This document shows, in pieces, positions 58,537-64,000 of a DNA stretch of 64,000 nt. Both the position numbers and the translations under genes were made by a program. The DNA is from a virus. Each line of letters begins with the position of its first letter. The stretch's first letter is position 1. The stretch is taken from the IMG/VR virus record IMGVR_UViG_3300008117_007749; one strand, written 5' to 3'. The notes beneath the pieces are model-generated. The model was not told where the DNA came from, searched no databases, and saw only the letters and a program-made list of their open reading frames with translations.

Positions 58537-58913
58537 TAGTGGAGATGACCGGCTCTGCCTCCGGTGTCTTCCCTAGCTAACAATAATTATTCATTTACAG
58601 GCTTAGTGAAATTTTTCTAAACTCACAAAATATTTAGTTGAACTAACCCATCACTCTAACAATTCTGGTTTCACATTTTAAACTGTGTGATTCAGCTGGA
58701 GAATTTTTGCGATTAGCTTAAAAGCTTAAACTACTGCTAGCTCTTCTGCCTTAAGCATGTTGTTTTGTAACGCCGCTACTAAATCTTCACGGGATGCTAC
58801 TTCATTTGTTTTGCCATTTACGACTTTTGTTACCTAATTTATTAGTCGGTCATTTAACCACCCGACACCTGCATAACTACCACTACTCTATGAATCTATT
58901 CTATGACATCCCC
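58537..58913 (-). ncRNA. ssrA: tmRNA (ssrA)
   Basis: 5' GGGGAUG pairs with 3' CAUCUCC-A including G3:U; GAC + ACCGG/CCGGU T-arm; about 375 nt; internal tag ORF 58815-58726 after GUAAAU. Confidence 0.88.
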
Positions 58914-58974
58914 ATAGTCATTGTAATTATTTTACAAATGTATATATAATATTTGAAAATAAGAAAAAGTTTAA

Positions 58975-59544
58975 TTAAAATGGCATATTATCATCTTCTA
59001 AACCTTCATCTAATGTAAAACCAAACGAAAGTATTCCACCACCGGATTTCGATTGCCAAATGTCAAATTCAGCATCATATTGAGCTAATATATCTCTTTT
59101 AAGTTTGTTAGCTACTTCAAAAACTTTAATAATACTTCTAAGTGTCTCTTTTTTTGCCATATTAACTTCAATGACAATATCCTCATTTCTTTTTGCCGTA
59201 ATCTGAACATTATCAACACCCGAGTTTCTAAACATTTGACGAAGCAAATAAGTTAAATGTTGCACGTCATCATCATCATCATCATCATCTGATTCATATC
59301 CATAGTCATCATCTTCATCATCGAATTTAGGATTTGATGATTTTCTCGAGTTATCACGCGTACTTTCATCGTCATACCAATCATCATAATCTCCATAATC
59401 TTTAGTAGAATCATCATCATATCCATAATCATCTTCTGGCCAACGAGCTTCATTTTTCTTATTAGCAGAAAGTTCGTTATTAAGATGACTAAATTCGTCT
59501 TCTCTGATATTTTCTAAATATTTTATAAATGTTTTTATTTTCAT
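58975..59544 (-). CDS. Acidic (Asp-rich) protein with N-terminal tag MKIKTFIKYLE
   Basis: ORF; D/Y-rich low-complexity middle. Confidence 0.65.
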   Translation of the reverse strand: MKIKTFIKYLENIREDEFSHLNNELSANKKNEARWPEDDYGYDDDSTKDYGDYDDWYDDESTRDNSRKSSNPKFDDEDDDYGYESDDDDDDDDVQHLTYLLRQMFRNSGVDNVQITAKRNEDIVIEVNMAKKETLRSIIKVFEVANKLKRDILAQYDAEFDIWQSKSGGGILSFGFTLDEGLEDDNMPF

Positions 59545-59545
59545 A

Positions 59546-61087
59546 TTACTTTAGCTCTATTTTAAAATATGTTTCATCAAAGATTCCTAAATCCTCTATT
59601 TTGTACTTGTTAAGTATTGTCTGTATTCTTATAAGTGAATCATAAATTTCACCCATATCAGTCTCTTCTAAATCTAAACTAACAAATATTCTATCATCTT
59701 TACCAATGACCTTTACATCAATCCCAAATACATTCTTTTTAATCTCGTTTATAAGATTCTTATGTTTTGCAAATAATTCTTCATTATAACCAACCTTTCT
59801 TTTAATCGGAAGTTTATTCCAATCAACTTTAACAGAAGCCTCTGCTAACTTAATGAGGTAAGTCATATTTTGCATTTCTGTTCCTCTGTGTTCGTTATAA
59901 TAACCAACAGATATATTAGTACATTCAGCAATATCCTCCATTAGAGAAGCCGAATCAGTATAAACACCAGTTGTATCTAATGAAAGATTTAAACCGCTTT
60001 TGTTATATTCGTCACAAAGTGCTTGTCCAAACTCATTTGAACAACATTGTCTTCCCAACTGATGAGTAATCACAGATGTAGTTCTTCTTCTATCAAATGA
60101 TACACAAGCTTTAACATCAGTAAGATATTCACATCTATCATATATTGAAGAGAGTGCATTTGAACCAATTCCACCTCTTTCCTCACCAATAAAGAAATAG
60201 TAAATTCCCGGCACATTGTTAGTCATCATATATAACATAACAGCAGTTCCTGCTTTATCATCGGCTCCTAAAATTGAAGATCCATCAGTGTAGATATGCT
60301 CATCACCAGATCCAGTTTTAATTAGTCTAAAAGAATATCCCTCTTCCGATACTCTACCATTTGCTTGAAAAAGTTTAGTAGTTTTTTGCTCTCTATCGGC
60401 GGTATCTAAGTGACAAGTAAACATTATTGTTGGTTTATCACTTCCTATTATTTTATAATAATTACCAACTTCGTCTCTTTTTAAGTCTTTTGGTAAAAAC
60501 TGTAATACTTCTTTTTCATGTCTACAATCATCAAAATGAGGATAAGTTTTAGTAGTCAAAGACAGAAAAGTTGCCTTAACATCCTTTGGATTATAAGTAA
60601 AAGAAGGCACTTGTATTCTTTGAGCGGAAGTCGTAGATTCATCTCCGATATTATCAGAAACCATATCATTGTATTGATAAATAAAAGACTTTATTTCATC
60701 TTCAGTAAGAAGACCAGGCCAATAATATCTAAAGAACTTACCAATCTTCATATCAAATTTTTTACCACCAATAGTTACCTCAAAACAATAAGCCTTATTT
60801 GAAATTGTAACATCTGTAATTCCTAAACCATTTTGATACTTAGATCCAGGCTCACCCAACCAAAGCATTTCAAATGCAAGATAACTATCATTATCTTCCA
60901 TTTTCTTAAGAACTTTTTCTAATTCACTAGAAATTTTAATTCTAGCACTCCTATCTACGTCTTTTGGTGCTTCTTTTTTGAAAACATCTTCTTTAGATTT
61001 ATATGCACCAGTTGGTATATTTCTATTTGGATCAGTTATAGACTGTGTTCCAGCCTCAAATATTTGATTAAATTTAAATAAATTCAT
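59546..61087 (-). CDS. M28/M20-clan zinc peptidase paralog with N-terminal tag and extra domain
   Basis: Same motifs as 1109..2173 (TCHLDTAD, ILGADDKAG, IGEERG, ECTNISVGYY.EH). Confidence 0.8.
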   Translation of the reverse strand: MNLFKFNQIFEAGTQSITDPNRNIPTGAYKSKEDVFKKEAPKDVDRSARIKISSELEKVLKKMEDNDSYLAFEMLWLGEPGSKYQNGLGITDVTISNKAYCFEVTIGGKKFDMKIGKFFRYYWPGLLTEDEIKSFIYQYNDMVSDNIGDESTTSAQRIQVPSFTYNPKDVKATFLSLTTKTYPHFDDCRHEKEVLQFLPKDLKRDEVGNYYKIIGSDKPTIMFTCHLDTADREQKTTKLFQANGRVSEEGYSFRLIKTGSGDEHIYTDGSSILGADDKAGTAVMLYMMTNNVPGIYYFFIGEERGGIGSNALSSIYDRCEYLTDVKACVSFDRRRTTSVITHQLGRQCCSNEFGQALCDEYNKSGLNLSLDTTGVYTDSASLMEDIAECTNISVGYYNEHRGTEMQNMTYLIKLAEASVKVDWNKLPIKRKVGYNEELFAKHKNLINEIKKNVFGIDVKVIGKDDRIFVSLDLEETDMGEIYDSLIRIQTILNKYKIEDLGIFDETYFKIELK

Positions 61088-61104
61088 ATCAGTATATATT
61101 AAAT

Positions 61105-61488
61105 TTAAATAGTGATTTCTTCCGCATTTATATAATCAACTTTAACTTGACCATCATTCATACCAGGTTCTTTTTTGACAAACTTTCTTTGACAATAAAC
61201 CACTTTGACAGAAGGTTCTTTAGCTGCTTTTGAATTCTTTTTAGCAATTTCAGCGGCATATTTTAATATTTCAGGTGTAGGTAAGTTTTCTCTAACTCTT
61301 ATAACAACATGAGAACCAGGAACACCTTTAACGTGCATCCAAATATCTTCATCCTCAGCAACATTAAAAGTTAAATAGTCATTTGATTTAGCATCTCTTC
61401 CATATTGTAGAAAAAAACCATCAACTTCAATCTTTTTGATATCTGGGAATTTAGGCTTTTTACTTTCAAAATATTTCAAATATTTCAT
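61105..61488 (-). CDS. Stand-alone NFACT-R (RqcH/Rqc2 RNA-binding, DUF814-type) domain with N-terminal tag
   Basis: GRDAKSNDYLT...D.DIWMHVKGVPGSHVVIR...AA.IA...SKA...V.YCQRKFVKK..G...GQV. Confidence 0.85.
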   Translation of the reverse strand: MKYLKYFESKKPKFPDIKKIEVDGFFLQYGRDAKSNDYLTFNVAEDEDIWMHVKGVPGSHVVIRVRENLPTPEILKYAAEIAKKNSKAAKEPSVKVVYCQRKFVKKEPGMNDGQVKVDYINAEEITI

Positions 61489-61513
61489 TACATATATATT
61501 ATTTATATAAAAC

Positions 61514-61542
61514 AAAAAAGACCTCATTTAGAGGTCTTTTTT
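61514..61542 (-). terminator. Terminator after major capsid gene
   Basis: AAAAAAGACCTC/GAGGTCTTTTTT. Confidence 0.8.
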
Positions 61543-61562
61543 GAATATTTGGTAACTTAATA

Positions 61563-63269
61563 TTAGTTAAGGAAACCAGCTGCATCTACAACTTTGATAG
61601 TCATAAATTGCTTTTGTGGGAACCAACCAACTTCAGCAACTGCATATCTACTTCTTAGTAACATTCTTGGAGCGAATGTAGCTTCAGAAATGATAGAGAT
61701 TGACTGAGCCATTAAGTAAGGTACGAAAATGATACCTGGTTGGTCAGGATTGTTCTTTCTACCAAGAACGATTCTGTTGTCGTTATATTTCATATATGGA
61801 TCAACATAGATTGAAATATCACCAATTGAACCTACAGGGTAAAGTTGTCCAGAAGCATTCATTTTAGACTTCAACGGGTTAATTGTATAACCAGCGATAT
61901 CAGATAGAGCTGCAGCAAGACCTCCGTTTGTAATAACGTACTGAGCAGGACCTACACGACCTTCAGTTGCGATATAGTTAGAAGCGTGAGCAATCTTAGT
62001 GACAAGCTTTCTTTGAACAGCGTGAGTAGTTTCACCACCAGGACCACCTGTACCAACATAAGCTGTGTTTAAGTCGAAGATAGTCTTACCAGCTGGGTCA
62101 CCAGTTAATGCTGCACCTGCTGCTGGAGCTGAAGTTCTGTTAAGATCACCTAATTCAAAAATCTTAGCAACGATTTGCTTAGAGATTGTTTGAGATAATT
62201 CATTAACAAGAATAGATTCCATTTTTTGAACGATATCCATACCTGTGTTAGCTTTGATATCTTCAATTTCAGTTCTTCTAAGAGCTGAAGATACTTCGAT
62301 AGTACCAACTGCGATAGTTTTAGAAGAGATTTTTGGACCGATAACACCTGAGTAAGTATCATCATCATCCTGACGAGACATTGGGTAGTTTCCAGTAAAT
62401 CCAGAAGCTCCTGATGTCCAGTTTGAAGAGAATCCAGGGATATGATCTTCAAGAGCTGATACTAATTCAACTGTTAAGTTAGCAGCACCTGGAGTAACAG
62501 ATACAGTACCTACTGTAGCGATTTGATCAACCATTGACATAGTTGCATTGAAAGTGTTTCTTGTTTCATCAAATGACCAAAGAGCACCAGCACCACTATT
62601 AACAGCTGTATGAGATGTATTAAATTGTCTGAAAGCTCTAAACATTGGATAACCATCAATACGAGAGAATCCTAAGAATTCAACAACACCCGCTCTAGAA
62701 CCACCTGGATCAGCAGCAGCATTTACAGTTGAACCGTAGATGTTTGTGAACCATCTTCCTTGAAGACCACCTTGTGTTTGAGCACCAGCGTTAGCTGTCA
62801 AAGTAGCATTTACAGCAGCTTTCTGAGCAGCATCATCAACGTTTAATTTGAAAACTTGTGGTCTTTCATCTTGTTGTCCCAATCTTGTATCATCATATTG
62901 GAAGTCAATGTAAAGTAAGTCGATTTTTGGACCTGGAGAAGGTTTAACAGCAACAAGGTCAAGACCGATTGTTTGAGCTGCGATTTTCATAGCTACAGGT
63001 AATAGGTTTTGACCAACATCACCAGAACCAGGAGTTCCTGTGTAGTTAGCACCTACTGTTGTTCCAGCAGGACCACCAATTACTGGGTTCAATACTGCAC
63101 CCATACCAGCTACGTTAGAAGCGTTTACATACGCGTTCTCATTAATTGAGTGATACTCAGCATATTCTGACATCCAATCAAGTCTGTCTTCACCTGCTAC
63201 ACCCATGTTCTCAAGAACTGGAGACCACTTCTTAAGAGCTTTTGATTTGTCTATTCTAATGTGTGACAT
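61563..63269 (-). CDS. Major capsid protein (gp23-like)
   Basis: KKWSPVLE, AAQTIGLDLVAVKP, D..ESILVNEL.Q.I, VG..G...IYVDPY, GIIFVPY, TFAPR....SRYA; highly biased codon usage. Confidence 0.92.
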   Translation of the reverse strand: MSHIRIDKSKALKKWSPVLENMGVAGEDRLDWMSEYAEYHSINENAYVNASNVAGMGAVLNPVIGGPAGTTVGANYTGTPGSGDVGQNLLPVAMKIAAQTIGLDLVAVKPSPGPKIDLLYIDFQYDDTRLGQQDERPQVFKLNVDDAAQKAAVNATLTANAGAQTQGGLQGRWFTNIYGSTVNAAADPGGSRAGVVEFLGFSRIDGYPMFRAFRQFNTSHTAVNSGAGALWSFDETRNTFNATMSMVDQIATVGTVSVTPGAANLTVELVSALEDHIPGFSSNWTSGASGFTGNYPMSRQDDDDTYSGVIGPKISSKTIAVGTIEVSSALRRTEIEDIKANTGMDIVQKMESILVNELSQTISKQIVAKIFELGDLNRTSAPAAGAALTGDPAGKTIFDLNTAYVGTGGPGGETTHAVQRKLVTKIAHASNYIATEGRVGPAQYVITNGGLAAALSDIAGYTINPLKSKMNASGQLYPVGSIGDISIYVDPYMKYNDNRIVLGRKNNPDQPGIIFVPYLMAQSISIISEATFAPRMLLRSRYAVAEVGWFPQKQFMTIKVVDAAGFLN

Positions 63270-63348
63270 AGTTTAAATTTATTTTTTTTTGTTATCTATA
63301 TATAACCCTTTATTTCCCTAATTTTTGAAGGTGTGGATTTTTTATAGA

Positions 63349-63999
63349 TTAAATCTTTTTGAATCTTTCTAAAATAGCTTGAGCTTCATTATCAGAAAGT
63401 TTATCTTCTTGTATCAAAGTCTCGTGAGCAACTAATTTTTTAGTTACAGATTCATTCTTTTTGAGGTTTCTAGTTAACCAGAAATGCTCAACTTGTGATT
63501 CAGTCATTAAAACTTCAGATGGATAAAGTCTAGCTTGTGATAAGATAGATTTTTTAGCTGATTCGTTCATTTGACTCCAGATTGCCTTAGTGTTTTCAGG
63601 CATTAATCTGATTACTCTTTCTTCTAGAGTTTCATTCTTTGTAGATAGAGCTTCAGCGATTAATGATAGAACTTCCTTCTGTGTAAAATAACTACTTTCG
63701 TTTATGTGTAGTTTAACAGTTTCTTGTTCTTCATCAGAAAGTGCATAAAAGCTGTCAACTTGTGACTTGTTTAAGAATTTTAAGAAATTCAAGTCAGTTG
63801 TTTCAGAAACTTTACGTTTTTTAGCTTCTTCAATAAGTTTATTAATTGACTCAGACAATTCAGAATCTTCGTGACCACTTACTTCATAAGAATTTGGACC
63901 ACATTCTTCATCATCTTCGTTTTCATCTTCATTTTCATAAGAATAGGATTCTTCCTCTTCATGAGAAGGAACACCTTTATAATCATAATTGTTTTCATT
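63349..63999 (-). CDS. Prohead core/scaffold-like protein, C-terminal part (5' end outside window)
   Basis: Frame stays open to the window edge; Glu-rich with multiple (I/L/M)xE motifs; immediately upstream of the MCP gene. Confidence 0.55.
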   Translation of the reverse strand, partial: NENNYDYKGVPSHEEEESYSYENEDENEDDEECGPNSYEVSGHEDSELSESINKLIEEAKKRKVSETTDLNFLKFLNKSQVDSFYALSDEEQETVKLHINESSYFTQKEVLSLIAEALSTKNETLEERVIRLMPENTKAIWSQMNESAKKSILSQARLYPSEVLMTESQVEHFWLTRNLKKNESVTKKLVAHETLIQEDKLSDNEAQAILERFKKI

Positions 64000-64000
64000 C

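Noticed and set aside
58537-58570. tRNA gene
   Set aside because: The acceptor-stem partner lies about 370 nt away and there is no anticodon arm; this is the tRNA-like domain of tmRNA
59253-59453. Met-rich ORF (MMMMMMM)
   Set aside because: Alternative frame of the GAT (Asp) repeat in 58975-59544
1-64000. Stop-codon reassignment as seen in some jumbo phages
   Set aside because: Conserved genes are intact in the standard code, and TAG/TGA are used as real stops at gene junctions
1-64000. Eukaryotic giant virus or bacterial chromosome origin (suggested by SET, GSII and GT genes)
   Set aside because: T4-type capsid, terminase, contractile tail genes, tmRNA and bacterial-type terminators indicate a tailed bacteriophage

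Overview
AT-rich (visibly ~25-30% GC), densely coding 64-kb segment of a large T4-like (myovirus, jumbo-scale) bacteriophage genome read in the standard code. It carries recognisable T4-type head, tail and packaging genes (gp23 major capsid, gp17/gp16 terminase, gp18 sheath, gp19 tube, gp15, gp25, gp26/gp51, gp2, gp4, probable tape measure and baseplate), replication/transcription genes (gp44, gp47, gp55-like sigma), and many accessory genes (five-domain glycosyltransferase cluster, GSII glutamine synthetase, Dam-type methylase, NADAR, SET, ClpS, NFACT-R, two M28 peptidases, 2H phosphoesterase) plus a tmRNA. Gene order is scrambled onto both strands and most transcription units start with a (T)TAATATATA motif. 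A TTTG-N19-TAnnTTTG promoter, absence of Shine-Dalgarno motifs and several protein motifs point to a Bacteroidota host. Most notable: (1) about 11 unrelated proteins share an N-terminal tag resembling the T4 capsid-targeting sequence, suggesting a packaged enzyme cargo; (2) two truncated capsid-derived proteins, one self-like and one foreign-like, carry a helical R[DE]xK[IL]xx[IL] motif also found on other small proteins; (3) a ribosome-rescue/proteolysis toolkit that includes a tmRNA with a long non-canonical tag. All family assignments come from motif recognition by eye, not database searches.
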